Shown: in pieces, positions 51,233 through 63,617 of the stretch
How the letters are laid out: the number at the start of each line of letters is the position of its first letter
How positions within the stretch are numbered: position 1 is the first letter of the stretch
Assembly (NCBI GenBank): GCA_028534125.1
Contig: CM052816.1
Location: forward strand, 25,050,001 to 25,114,000
Reading direction: 5' to 3'
DNA length: 64,000 nt
Source of the DNA: Lama glama
Lineage: Eukaryota
Notes under the pieces: generated by a model
What the model was told of the DNA's origin: nothing
Database searches by the model: none
Seen by the model: only the letters and a program-made list of their open reading frames with translations
Translations under genes and position numbers: made by a program

Positions 51233-51920
51233 TAGGGCTTGCTGTTTGTTTGTTTGTCTTAGTTTGGTTGTTTCTGGCTGTTTCCATTCCGAGGATCAGA
51301 CTAAACTGCAAACATAAGTCTTTCAGGTCATTTCTGAGGCTCTGCCTTCCCCTGGTTATACAGCTATCTTCCAATTTCCCCTATATATGTAGTTGCTCTT
51401 AAATATTCCTACTCTTTGATGTCTGGTTCCCAAAAGGAGAAAAAGGGAAAAAGGGGACAGGAAGGTACTGCCCTTTTAAATACCCTAGAAGTTGCTTCAG
51501 ACCAAGATGAAGCAGCTTACAATAAACGAGGTGGTAGTACAACAGTGGTTGCCCACCTCAGTGTCTGCACTTCAATGATCAGAAGCAGCCCTCAGTGATC
51601 AGAACACAGATCCCAGATATTTGAAGGATAATGTCCTTTCTGCCCACCTTGGCTCCCACAGCTTGTGTGCAAGCTGCTGCAAAAACACATGCAAGGTTTT
51701 CTGTCACAGGGCTGGGGTGGAGGTAGGGTTGCCATTGCTGAGCTAGACTGTAGTTGCTTGAAACTAACTGCAGTTTATCCTCTAAGCTTTCCTCTGAAAG
51801 TTGCAAGGCTTCAGAAGACTCCAGAATTCCAGAATAGTTGTATCAGACAGATTCATGCTGTCTAGGTGGGGAGATAAATTCCTGGTACTTCCTGCTCCAC
51901 CATCCTCCCAGAATCCTCTC
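51233..51920 (-). mobile_element. L1M 5' region (right part of the element split at 46957)
   Basis: Resumes 'agggcttgctgtttg...' and ends 'cctgctccaccatcctcccagaatcc', like an L1M 5' terminus. Confidence 0.65.
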
Positions 51921-52689
51921 AATAAAGCAATACTTAAATGTTTATTTAGTCCTTATTTTTAGGCACATGCCAAAGTCTTTTTGTGAGGTACATAATGTTC
52001 TTGAATTTTGAACCTCTTATTTTCAAATTCTCTGGTCTAAATATCCATCCAAGGGGAATGTGTTGAGATAGGAGAAAAATATTGAGTCATCTATCTGTGT
52101 GTAAATGGAGTGGGGGCCTGGGTTATTCATCTGCTTGGAATGTAGGTTTTCAAATAGCCTCTATTTTCAGCTTCAGCCTGATGTTCAAAGTATTAAATTT
52201 CTCAGACCATTCTCATGGCAAATTGGCTTATTTATGATTAGTGTTCCTGTTTCCTGGTACTAAAATCTTAAGTTTTATTTCACTGTGCTAAGAGAGTTAT
52301 CACTCTACCATCTGCTTCCCATCTTCCAAAAATTGGTTGAAATAAATTCATCTTCCTTTTTCCTCTCTATTGTTTTTCTGTCCTTGTGGGCTAATAATGT
52401 AACATTGTTATTTTGTTTTATTATACTACCCTTTTATTAGGTTTTGTGGAGGAAAAAGATATGATTCCTTTACAATATTTGATGGCTTTGCAACATGTGA
52501 CCCTTTTCTAACATTTGACTAGAATTATGGCTTAAGAATATGAATAATTGATAGGCGTCTTAGGTGATTCCATTTCACATTTTTTTGAGACAGTTGCTTC
52601 AGAGGAGAAACAGACTTGAATTGGGAATTAATTGTTCAAAGAAAAAGATACAAAAATGGAAAATTTCATTTCTTGAAATAAGTTTTTTG

Positions 52690-54100
52690 TTAGAGGTGCA
52701 TAGGGTGCTATGGGAAGAAATGAAGTAAAGGAGAAACTAGCTAAGATTTGGGAAATAATATTACCTTAGGAGGTAATAATTGAAGGGCAAGTGCAATTCA
52801 GTCAAGAAAGAAGTTCAGGAAGGAGATTGAAGAGAGGCGGTAGTTGTTAAAGGTTATAGATATACAGCTCATTAGAGGAATTTAACAGTGTTTGGTATGG
52901 ATAAAGATAGATTGGGGGTGGTAACAAAGAGACAGTAATGACATTGGTGGTAACAGATGAGGCCAAAATACGGGAGAGTCTTGGAAAGATTTTAAGTACG
53001 TAAGAACAGTTATTAGCTACAGTGTATAAATAGATGATGGAAGGAGTAAGGAGAAAGAAAAATGTAACCCTGGAGGTACAGGAGATCAATCAAGAGCCAC
53101 TAGTTATAACCAACATAAGAGAAGATGATGTCATAAACTGAGATGGTGAAAAGGTAAAAGTGGATAAATTCTACAAATACTCGAAAGAAAGAAAGAACAA
53201 GATTTAACAACTATGTAAAAAGATGATAAGGGGAACACTGAAGATGACTTCAAGGTTTTGATTTAAGAGAACTAAATGATTATAACACCATCCATTCTGA
53301 AGAAGAAACAAGCGCTGAGGTTAAATTTGGGTGTTAATTTTGATTACCATGAGATATTTCTACTAGTAGAAAATCTGTCAGTTTAGAATATAAGTTTAGG
53401 GGAGAGTTTTGGCTGAAAATGAAAGAGGGGGTGGTCATTAGTTTATATATCATTGTTGGAGAGTACAAGTTTCCCAAGAGAGATTATAAAATCAGATTAA
53501 TAACAGCTACCAGCTATTAAATATTTATTATGTGGAATTCATAGTAGTAAGTATTTAGCGCTAAAAACAACCTTACAAGAAAACTACTTCCCATTTTATT
53601 ACAGGGAAAACGAGGACCAGAGGGAATAAGCTAGTTTCCACAGGTCCCCTGTTAAGCCTGTGACAGAGCCAAATTCAAACCAAGGTTTGGTAGAGGACAA
53701 CCAAAAGAATGTGATATCATGGAATTTAATAGAAGAAAGAAATTCAAGGAGGAAATAGTTAACAGTGGCAAATACCACGGGAAGTTCAAGTAAGAGAACA
53801 GAAGATTGTCTATTGGATTTATCCACAAAGAGATCTTTGCTAACTTTGGTGAGAGCAAAGACTGGTGTGCTAGATCACTGTGGCCTGTTAAATAAAAGAG
53901 CAATGAGGACATAGAAACAATTAATTCAAGATGTCAGTCTGTGAAAATGAGGTGAGACAAAGGGCCCTTGTTAGATATAGTGCATGGTAGAGGGGAAACA
54001 TGAGAGAGACTGGAACATGTCTGGATGCTAATTGAAAAGAGTAAATAGTGAATTCATAAAGAAAGGACATAATTTATAAAGTAATGTTGCTGAGGGAGTC
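52690..54100 (-). mobile_element. Long degraded L2, with a MIR inserted at about 53500-53690; probably continues at 55860-56270
   Basis: Purine-rich 'gggtgctatgggaag...gaagatgacttcaaggttttga...ggaagttcaagtaagagaac...ttggattt...ggagtc'. The MIR piece reads 'cccattttattacagggaaaacgagg...agccaaattcaaaccaagg'. Confidence 0.7.
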
Positions 54101-54183
54101 TACCATAACTTTGGGTTAAAATTTTATCCTTTGACTATAAAAATTTAAAATATGTATATATATATATACATATTTTAAATTTT

Positions 54184-54442
54184 ACTTAATTGAAGTGTAG
54201 TTGATTTACAATGTTAGTTTCAGGTATACAACAAAGTGATTCAGTTATACATATACATACATACATATATTTTCTTTACAGATTCTTTCCCATTATATTT
54301 TATTACAAGAAATTGAATATAGTTCCCTGTGCTATACAGTAGATCCTTGTTTATCTATTTTATATATAGCAGTGTGTGCCTGTTAATCCCAAACCCTTAA
54401 TTTATCCCTCCCCATCCTTTCCCCTTTGGTAACCATAGCTTG
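54184..54442 (-). mobile_element. Short young LINE-1 3' UTR fragment
   Basis: 'ttgaagtgtagttgatttacaatgttagtttcaggtatacaacaaagtgattcagttatacat...cccctttggtaaccatag'. Confidence 0.92.
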
Positions 54443-54800
54443 TATGATGACATATATTTTTTCTGATGAATGTAATTCTGCCTCATCTAGAAAATTTAAA
54501 TACAACCATACATAAATTAGAATTTAAAAGTACTCCTGTAAGTTCAAACTTAACCCAGGATAACTGTTTATTAAAACTGTTTATTCTTTCAGGCTTTTAA
54601 AAATGAATCTATAAACATGTATATCTATTCTTTAAAATGGAATTATAAATACTAGTATATTAACAGATTTCTTCACTTTTAAATAATATATTGTGGACAG
54701 ACATCACTCCATGTTAGTAACAGAAAGCAATTTCAGCCTTTTAAAGTCTTCACTGTATTTATAGTCTTCACGGTATTTGCAATATTCTATTGTAGGATAT

Positions 54801-55136
54801 TGCCTTGTCCATTTGGACTACCATCACAAAAATACCATAGACTATCCAGGCTTAAAGAACAAACATTTATTTCTCATAGTTCTGGAAGCTAGAAGTCCAA
54901 GAACAAAACACCAGCATTTTGGTGAGGGCCCACTTCCTGGTTTGTAGACAGCTTTATTCTCATATGACAAGGGAGCTCTCTGAAGTCTCTTTTATAAGGG
55001 CATTAATCCTCTTGATGAGGGCTCCACCTTTATGATCAAATTACCTTTCAAAGGCCCCACCTTCTAATCACCATCACACTGGGAATTGGGTTTCAACATG
55101 AATTATAGGGCAGATATAAACATTTAATCTATAGTA
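54801..55136 (-). mobile_element. MLT1A-like MaLR solo LTR, inserted in an old L1MC/ME 3' UTR
   Basis: 'aaacatttatttctcatagttctggaagctagaagtccaag...ttataagggcattaatcc...tttcaacatgaatt'; flanks GATAT / GATCT. Confidence 0.88.
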
Positions 55137-55210
55137 GATCTGTTTAACCTATTCCTTATTAATAAACATGCAGAAAGCTTACAATATTTGCTATTAAAAA
55201 GCATAGTAAC

Positions 55211-55559
55211 TTGATGTTGTTTATATGTGGAGTCTAAAAAAAGTGATACAATTTTTTATTTATAAACCAGAAATAGACTCACAAATATGGAAAACAAACT
55301 ATGGTTACCAGGAGGGAAAGTTAGGGAAGAGATAGATTAGGAGTTTGGGATTAATAGATACACATTACTCTATATGAAATAAACAAACAATAAGGACTTA
55401 CTGTATAGCACAGGGAACTATATCCAGTTTCTTGTAATGAGCTTTAATGGAAAAAAAATCTGAAAAAAAATACGCACATGTGTAACTGAATCACTCTGCT
55501 GTATACATGAAACTAACATTGTAAATCAACTACACTTCAATAAAAAAATAAGAATTAAA
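55211..55559 (+). mobile_element. Young LINE-1 3' UTR fragment, sense orientation
   Basis: 'aaacaaactatggttaccagg...ctgtatagcacagggaactatat...ttgtaaatcaactacacttcaataaaaaaa'. Degenerate TSD AAAAAGCATAGTAAC (55196-55210) / AAAACCCACAGTAAC (55560-55574). Confidence 0.92.
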
Positions 55560-57129
55560 AAAACCCACAGTAACCATGTAATATTACCAATCCTTTTTTT
55601 CTTGGATTACATTTCTAAAGATGTAATGTCTGGTCCAAAGAACAAGAAGATTTTAATTGTTAACGCATTGCCAAATAGCTCTAATTCCTATTCACACTGT
55701 CAGCCATGGTTGGGGAGGATTTACTTAAGGGATGTATGGGTAGGAATGAAAGGAGATTTTGAATGAAGACAAGATTTTCTAAATTAGGCCAAGAAGGTAA
55801 GGAACTATCTTGTCCATCTCCCCTCATCCTCCACTATATTTTCTAACTTCTCTGAGAAATAGAGGCAAAGTTTCCTACTTAGAGTGAGGTTGGAGGAAAT
55901 GGTATAGGGACTGAGGAGAATGGAGACTTTGAAATAGTGACTATGAGGAGAGGAAGAGAGTTGAGTATGGAAATTGTGGAGGAAATAGGTAGCATTATGG
56001 CCCTATTTGACATCAAAGTCCATGAAGTTGTGCTTAGGTTAATCTACCTGATCATGTGATCTTTTTATGGTAAGCTTTCTGTAAGAGCAGAGAGGGGAGC
56101 CAAAAAAGTTCATCTGGGTTAATATTTTGTTAGGTGAACACAGCCAAGAGACAGGGAGCTAGAAGGTGGTAGAAATGATGGACTATGGGATTCAGCCTTG
56201 AAAAAAAGGAAGGGAAGATTCTCAGAAGGGAGCAAGTAGATTTAGAAAAAATTATAGAGTACTGACTGGCTGGCAGTGTTCCAATGCTATCTATTTATAC
56301 TGTTTTCACATTTGACCATGATATGTAGCATACTGATACGTGTAGATACAGAAACACTGCAGTTGAAGATTGGCAAACCTACAAGAAAAATGCTTGTTAT
56401 AGCCATACTACTAAAGCTAATTAATTTTATTATGGAATTTAAAATAATGGAGATTTTATTTCTCTAATAAATTAATATGACCAGATTTTCACAAGTATCT
56501 TTGAGGGTCATCAGCAGTTGTCCTAACAGAACTTTCTTCTAATCAAATGTAGTTTATAATATCCAATGTCTCCTGAGCTCCTTGAGTTTCCATATGTAGC
56601 AAAATAATTTGAGGTTGTACATTATTTTGCTTAAATGGAGTACAATTTATATTTATATTTTTATCTAGGTTCTCTTTGTTGACTTTTTTTTAAAAAGTAG
56701 ATACTAGTGAGACTTCACAATATAATCCATTATTGCATACCTAACTTGAATTCTTGCTTAAATGTGACATCAGCTCACAATTTTATGAATTATCCAGCTA
56801 CATACATAATCAGGAAGGTGAAATTAAGTTCATTTTTCCCCCTTAAGAAATAAATTCTTTGATAGGCAATTCTTTACCACTTCCTTTGTGATGAAACACT
56901 ATTGCTCTAACTCATATATTCAAGAACTTTAAAAGAAATTCACTAATAATTTATTCATTCTTATAAAATAACATCTAAAAGATTTGGTGGAATTTTCACT
57001 GGCCATGATGTATTGTTAGTTCATTGAGAAGGGTGTGAAATATCCTTTGAAATATCCTTGAAGAGAGATTTTTTTTTCATAATGCCTGCCTTTTTAAAAA
57101 ATAAAAATAAATTTATCAGTCAAATACTG

Positions 57130-59507
57130 CCTAAAGCTCTGCAAATCTTGAGGACCAGTATTGTGTCCATTGCAGACCTGATCCCTTTCTTACCTGTGTT
57201 TATAGTCTAGGTGGTCCAAGGTGAAATTAGGTGGGATTGTATGTTGTTAAGTCACACACTCTGTGAGCTCTTGGATAGTTTTGCCAGTTGAGGTGCTGTC
57301 AGCAGAGAAGGAAAACTTGTATCAGGACTACATATTTACCCTTGGCCTACACCAGTTTGAAGAGGTTTGTTCTAAACAGTTTGCCATCATGTGATTAGTT
57401 GGTGTCCTCAAGGGTTGGAACCATATCAAGGACTCAGAGTTGGTCTCTATTGCTGACACCTGAGATATTCTGCAGTGGTAGAAGCTAGATCAGCATAGAT
57501 AAAAGGTGCCTGTAATTCTGGGCATGTACATAGCCTCCATCCCTGTCATTACGATTATTCTATTCGAACTTCTTGTGTTAACATTGGGGTGGCCAAGGTC
57601 AGAGGCTGGCTGATATTCATTGGATGAGTCATCTGTTGTACAGAAGTTTCTTCTGGTAGATGTTCTCCAGTGGAAATTGATGTAACACACAAATATTAGC
57701 AAACTTAGATTCCACTTCCATAGATCCACCCATATTCTTCCCTATATTCCTTGTCTTTAACCTATCAGTCTTGTTCCTTTCAGGCCCCTGACCAAGCCAT
57801 GGTCCACTGCCTTTGAGTCCATGTATATTTTTACCTCAGACCATTTCTTCCTCCACACCAAGTCGATGAGCAGGTATCTTGTTTAAAGCTCTGTTCACTG
57901 GGAAGATTCACTCTCTTCTTTTTCAGGGACTGACCTGAGTGAGGCTGTAGTATGGCAACTCTCCATTTTTAGGTTGCACAAACATATTAGCTAACTAATG
58001 CATAAACAGTGTTGAATTTTTCTTCTTTCTCCATTAGTGAGTCAAACTTTAAGTTTATGAGGGTGGCATTAATTTCTCCCATCCACTTCAACTGCAATAT
58101 TGCTTTTCTGATTTACTGTCTTGACCATGTAAAAGCAGGGGGAGTTTCATAATGTCTGTTAACCCAAAGTTTAAGAAATCACTGTGGAGATTTTTCCAGC
58201 TTCCAGATAGATCTATCACAGTTTTGTGCCTGGAGTAGGTCTGTAGGCACTCTGTACTCACCGAGATGGAGTTGCACTCAGACTCCATTTTAATAGGAAG
58301 ACCATGATGAGATTCAGAGTCTCCTAATACCAGTATTAGCTCAGACTCTGTCTAATAGTCATCAAAAGACCTGGATATTCCCCTTTTACCCAATGTGCAC
58401 TTGCTCTGGTAAATGGCCACAGTCTTTGTTTGAAAGGATGGGTATAGGAACTATACACACTTGCTATTTCTGCCTGTAGGTTTCTTTTTTAAAGTACCTG
58501 ATTTCCCATTCAGTTTATGGGATCTGGGTTTGATAACTTACTTAATTTGATTTTTTCCATGTTAGTCACTGACATGGGCCTTCTACTATCTTTCCTGATT
58601 TTTTTTTAAATAAGTTAAGCACTACTTTTGTTGCATTCTCGTTTCTCTTCATCCTGGAAGCATGATAGCCTGTTAATCATTGCCACAGATTCCTTGAAGG
58701 TCAAGATCTTCTAGTTGCCATTTAGGCCTTGCCAAAATTATTATTATGATGTTAATAATTATAATTATTATGGTAATAGTGTCCAGCTTACCTCTGATGG
58801 CTAAATACCACCAGTTGGCCTATGCCACCCCAGAATCCTTTTACATTAGACATCTAATATTAATATGGGAACACATCTTGAGAGGACAAGCATCACATTA
58901 TAAAGCATTTGATTCAGGTGAGAGCTTTGCCAAATCTCTAGGCATAGGGGATATGTCTCCTCTATCAAGAGAGAAGGGGCCACCTTTACCAGCATAGAGG
59001 GTTTGGGGGGAATCAGAAGGTTCCATGTTCTTAAATGCATCCACTCATATATCTCCAACTGCAGTCTCTAAATCTCAACCCTTTTCTATTAGGGCTCTAT
59101 CTTTACGCAGAAGGTGTGATATAAGCACCCTTTTTAATTCCACAGCTCTCAAAATGAAATCTGATTTCTGATTTTCAACAGAATCTGCTCTCTGATCATA
59201 GTAAATAAAGGTCTCCTTAAATACTGTTATGGACAACTTTTAGATTTTACACTGTAACCTGAATCCATAGTTGGCTGATCTATATCTACTCTATTCTTCC
59301 ATTAGACTGTCTATATCCATTAATAAAAAGCCAACTACCTATGAATTGCCAGAGATCAGGCTTTAGAGCTACTGAATAAGTCAGTGCAACCCCTTTCACT
59401 TATATCCTCTTCCACACTACCACAGAGATTATGATGCTTATAGGTTGGCAGGATGTCTTGTCATGCCACTTAATATTAGCATTGACCTAGTTTGCAGTCA
59501 ATGCAAA
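57130..59507 (-). mobile_element. ERVL-class (ERV3-16A3-like) internal region: decayed gag/pro/pol
   Basis: Minus strand 58330-58420 reads WPFTRASAHW..GNIQVF**LLD(R/T)-ESELIL across frameshifts (ERVL protease region 'PFTRVTVHWGKGN.QTFRGLLDTGSELTLI'). ORF 57490-57729 begins DLWKW...IFVCYINFH (ERVL RNase H 'IDLSEW...IFVSHVNAH'), followed by ISQPLTLATPML and RDGGY in other frames. Confidence 0.8.
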
Positions 59508-59930
59508 TTTCTTAAGTTAGTATCCCCCAGAGACTGACCTTGAGCTAAGGAGTTGAGTGCAAGTGGTTTATTTGGGAGGCGATCTTGGAATCCAACGGTA
59601 AAATAGAAAAGTGAGACAGGAAGTCAATCAGAGAGTGTTATTAAGCATGCTATCACATGGCCAATTGAGGCTCAGTTATCCCACCCGAGGGGTGAGGGAA
59701 ATGGGATATTTATGTATCAACTCTTATAGTCATGGGATAAGAGTTGCTGTTAAGAATGATAGCTCCAACTCCCCATGACTATCTTCCCACCCATATGCAG
59801 GTTAAGTAAGTCTTCAGCCAGAAAAAGCCATCAGGCAGAGAGTCCTTGGTGATTCCCATGAGATGTTATTGATTTGTATGGGAACAGTAAAGGCATTAGT
59901 ATAGCTGTAGGGTACTGACAGGGGATGCTC
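59508..59930 (-). mobile_element. LTR16-like ERVL LTR (5' LTR of the adjacent internal region)
   Basis: 'gaccttgagctaaggagttgagtgcaagtggtttatttgggaggcgatc...agttatcccacccgaggggtgagggaa...tatttat' resembles the LTR16 family. Confidence 0.8.
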
Positions 59931-60827
59931 TAAGCAAGGGTATTGGTGAAGCAAAAATCCTGAGGAGTTGAAAGAGGAAAGTCTTTCAGAACACAGATAA
60001 ATGCATTGTCTTTACATGGGATAGTTATTTCTTACATTATTAACGAAAGTTAAATAGGACAGTTTTGATGCAAATGCAAATAAATTTATAGGCTTGGTAT
60101 CAGGTCATCAGCTGATGTTTCTGTTTTCTACTTGAAATAAGTATACAATATGCGGAGGGCATGTGAAGTTAGAATGTGTAAGATTTCACAAGATTGGAAT
60201 ATTTTTTAAAGCTGCTACACAGAAGGGAAAGAGCTGACAGAGTAATGGAAACAAAACTAAACTGCTGAACAGTTTCACAGGACAAACTGAGAACAGTCAT
60301 CATTATTATGGTTTTTCTCTAGAAGCATTAATACGTCAGACTGGTCCAGGCTTTGAATACAGACATTCTTCGTTGGGCCTTTTATAAGTGGGAGAATGAA
60401 ATGACACAGAAACAAGAATGTTGCTATAAAATACAGAGAGGTTAAAGGAATGAATTTTAATCCAGTATTATCCACATTCAGCAGAAAATTAAGAATCACT
60501 TGCCTGGAGCCTAATAGAATGAAGATAAAATTTCCAGTGCAGCCATGTATCTGATACGTTGGGCACACTTAAGTAAGAGAGCCCTTACTGTGTCACAAAT
60601 GGCAGATTAAAATTACATTATTGTGACTCCCATGAATAGGAATTTTTGGCAGGAACAAATGTGAACATTAAAAAACAAAAATAGGTAAAACATGTTCTTT
60701 AGAGATGACTAAGCATCACTTAAAGATTCAGCATAGCACAGGAACAAATGTAAACCAAAACGAACAGTGTATCTTAAGTATGATGATTACAAATACTAAA
60801 ATCAATTTGATTCTCTTTAAATTTATA

Positions 60828-60854
60828 TGTGTGTGTGTGTATATATATATATAT
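60828..60854. repeat. (TG)n(TA)n compound microsatellite
   Basis: Read directly. Confidence 0.9.
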
Positions 60855-61953
60855 GAATTTCTCAAAAAATTAGAGTATTTATTAGTCCTATGAGAGTAGA
60901 TGATGGGACAAAATACAAGTGAGAGGTTTTCATTATGCTTATGCTGTACATATACTACTTAGGCAGCACCTGGGATCAAAACAACTGGTGCAACTGGAAG
61001 GAGCAAATCAAATCTGAAAGTATGGGTATGGAAACATGTAAAAGCGTCATCTTGAAACTGGAAATTGTGTAAGGCTTGAGGTGAGAGGCCAAAGAAATTA
61101 TCTTAAATAAGTTACCATACAGTGTTGGAATGTTGTGTCAGACAGGCAGTCAAAAATTAGAGGACTCAACAGTGACCATTCAAGGCAAATCAGTGGGTTA
61201 AGCCAGGAAGGCCCCCAGGCAGGTTGTACAGGGTACTGAGAGAGGGGAACAGGAAAAAGCTTGGAAAAAGACCAAATAGGCAATATGAAAATAGGAACCT
61301 GCCCAGGAAGTGAAGGGTTAAAGAAAAACAGCAATGTCATATGAATGGGTAGATGGGTGTCAAGAACATGGTCAAGTTTTTCCCGTAACCTTGACTATGA
61401 AGCCAAGATCTACTTCAGCTGCAGACTTTAGACGTAGTTCTTGCTGGAATAGGAACTTATCCAAGTCACAGGAGGATCATTGCATGCTGGTGAGAGCAGG
61501 GAATTGAGTGTACATGAGAGAATATGGAAATTGGAAGACATTAAAGAACAGATCTTTACAGGTGAGATATGATGGATGAACATGGATCTTTCTGAGGTTA
61601 GTGTGTGTCAGTAAGAATTGCCTCTGCTTTTTTCTCTTTGTTTCCAAATCTGGAATATTTGAAGCTTCAGTTTAGGGGATTTTAGTAGGAAGCTCTATAT
61701 TCACACCAAAGCTAATATTAAATTCTGGGAATCTTTGATAACAACTTTAAGATCAATGCCAGATCCAAGAGAATAACCTCTGTGCAATACTGAAGAACAA
61801 CACGGACTCAGAGAGAAGAACGTCTTATTACTGCAGTCACCAGGAAAAATACAGTCTGGAAACTAGAGATCAAGTTATAAATGAACAACTAAGATTAAGC
61901 AGAGTGCCAGATGTTATAATAAGGGAAGTTTCAGTGAAATGAAGACTCTAGAG

Positions 61954-62912
61954 CCAAAGTTCTTAGCCCAGAGTACACAGTCCTTAAAGGTGTTTGTGGA
62001 GAGAATTCAGATGGTCAGTGAACTTGCCCTAACTTTCACTAATTTTTAACTGGAATTTAGCATTTCCTTTCATCATGAATATAGGCAATAAACAATAGTC
62101 ATAACAGCAGTAGTTTAACCAATAGAAATCACAAGTATTTTTATATCACATTAGATTTGTTGCAGATCTCAAAGTGTCATTTATATCCATCCATACTTCA
62201 AAATTGTAATGGTTTCATGTGATACACTACTGGATCTTGTTTTTTTAATACATTAACATAGAAATCCATGTGATTATATCACAAAGTTGTTTTTGAAAAA
62301 AATTGATAATAATATCTTAATGTTTGTTTTCCTTTGTTAATCTATATAAATAATTTTGTACATTTTAAAATATTTTGAGAAGGACTGCAGAAGCATCACA
62401 GACTTCCTGTATTCGTTTGCTAGGGTTGCCGTAACAAAATATTACATATTGGGTAGCTTCAACCGTAAAAGGTTTATTCTCTCCCAGTTCTGATGGCTAG
62501 AAGTCTGAGATCAAGGTGTTGTCATTGTTGGTGTCTTCTGAGGGCTCTAGGGGAGAATCTGTTCCATACCTCGTTCTTAGTCTTTGTTGGCTTCCTGGCA
62601 GTATTTGGCATTGCTTGGGTTCTAGATAATCACCCCCGTCTCTGCCTTCATCCTCATATGGCCTTCTCCCTGTGTGCATGTCTATCTCCATATCTCCTCT
62701 TTTTATAAGGACTCCAGTCCTATTGAATTAGTGCTCACCCTAATGACCTTATCTTAACTTGATTACCTCTGTAAAGACCCTATCTCGAAATAAGGTCACT
62801 TTCTGATACCCTAGGTGTTAGGAATTCAACATGTATTTTTTGGGGGGGGAGACATAATTCAGCTCACAACACTTCCAAAGGGTCTATAGCATACAAAAAG
62901 GTAAGAATACTA
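61954..62912. mobile_element. Charlie4a-like hAT DNA transposon, split by MLT1C
   Basis: 'gttcttagccc...gaatttagcatttcctt...aatagaaatcacaagtatttttatatcacatta...cacagact|tccaaagggtctatagcatacaaaaaggtaagaa'. Flanks CTCTAGAG / CTTTAAAC resemble the Charlie NTCTAGAN target. Confidence 0.8.
62408..62871 (-). mobile_element. Full-length MLT1C-like solo LTR
   Basis: 464 bp, TG...CA termini, perfect 5-bp TSD CTTCC (62403-62407 / 62872-62876). Confidence 0.93.
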
Positions 62913-63617
62913 CTTTAAACCTAGGTAGGCTTAGAGGAGCCTCATAATACTTCAGGTTTAGCTGGACAGGTCACATAGAGACTCTGCCCTAATGATTACC
63001 TAGCCCACGTGGTTTGTTTGCTTGTATTTTCTCTTGCAAGCAAACTACTTACGTACTTTAAAATGGCTGACTTCCCAGTGAACCCCGAGGGAGAAGAGTG
63101 ATACTACCAGAGAAGAGAAAGGGAAAAGACTAAATTCCAGGGGCCCAGTGTCAGGAGGGGAAATGCAGTTTAATCTCCCCAGGTGGTGGCAGCTGAGTAA
63201 ATTACCTATAGCAAGCAGCTGTAACACATTACATTGCAATTATCCCCGAAGAGTTCTAGGGCTTGTAAGCAGCTAAAGATAAAAGGCAGCCCTGCTAGAG
63301 GAAGAGCTGCTTCCTTTGCAGTTTTACAGTGTTTGAGGAAATAGACCTCATAGGACAGCCATTCCTTTCAGTAAGCCTTAAAGTACAAATAATCCCCTAG
63401 TTATGCAAGGGTCTTGTGTCTGAATATGCTGCCTACACATACAAGGCTTGTGAAGGAATTGCACGGGGAAAATGAATGTAATGAATTTTATGTAAAGAAT
63501 TCTTATGAAATAAAGTACATTAAAACATGTACTTCTGGAATGATATCTGCCAATGGTTTCCCTAGTAAGTATTATGATTGCCTATTTAAATTTTGACAGC
63601 AAAATCTATAAATTAGA

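Noticed and set aside
59479..59507. Primer-binding site for the ERVL provirus / small hairpin GCATTGAC...GTCAATGC
   Set aside because: No recognisable tRNA-complementary PBS; an 8-bp stem is within chance.
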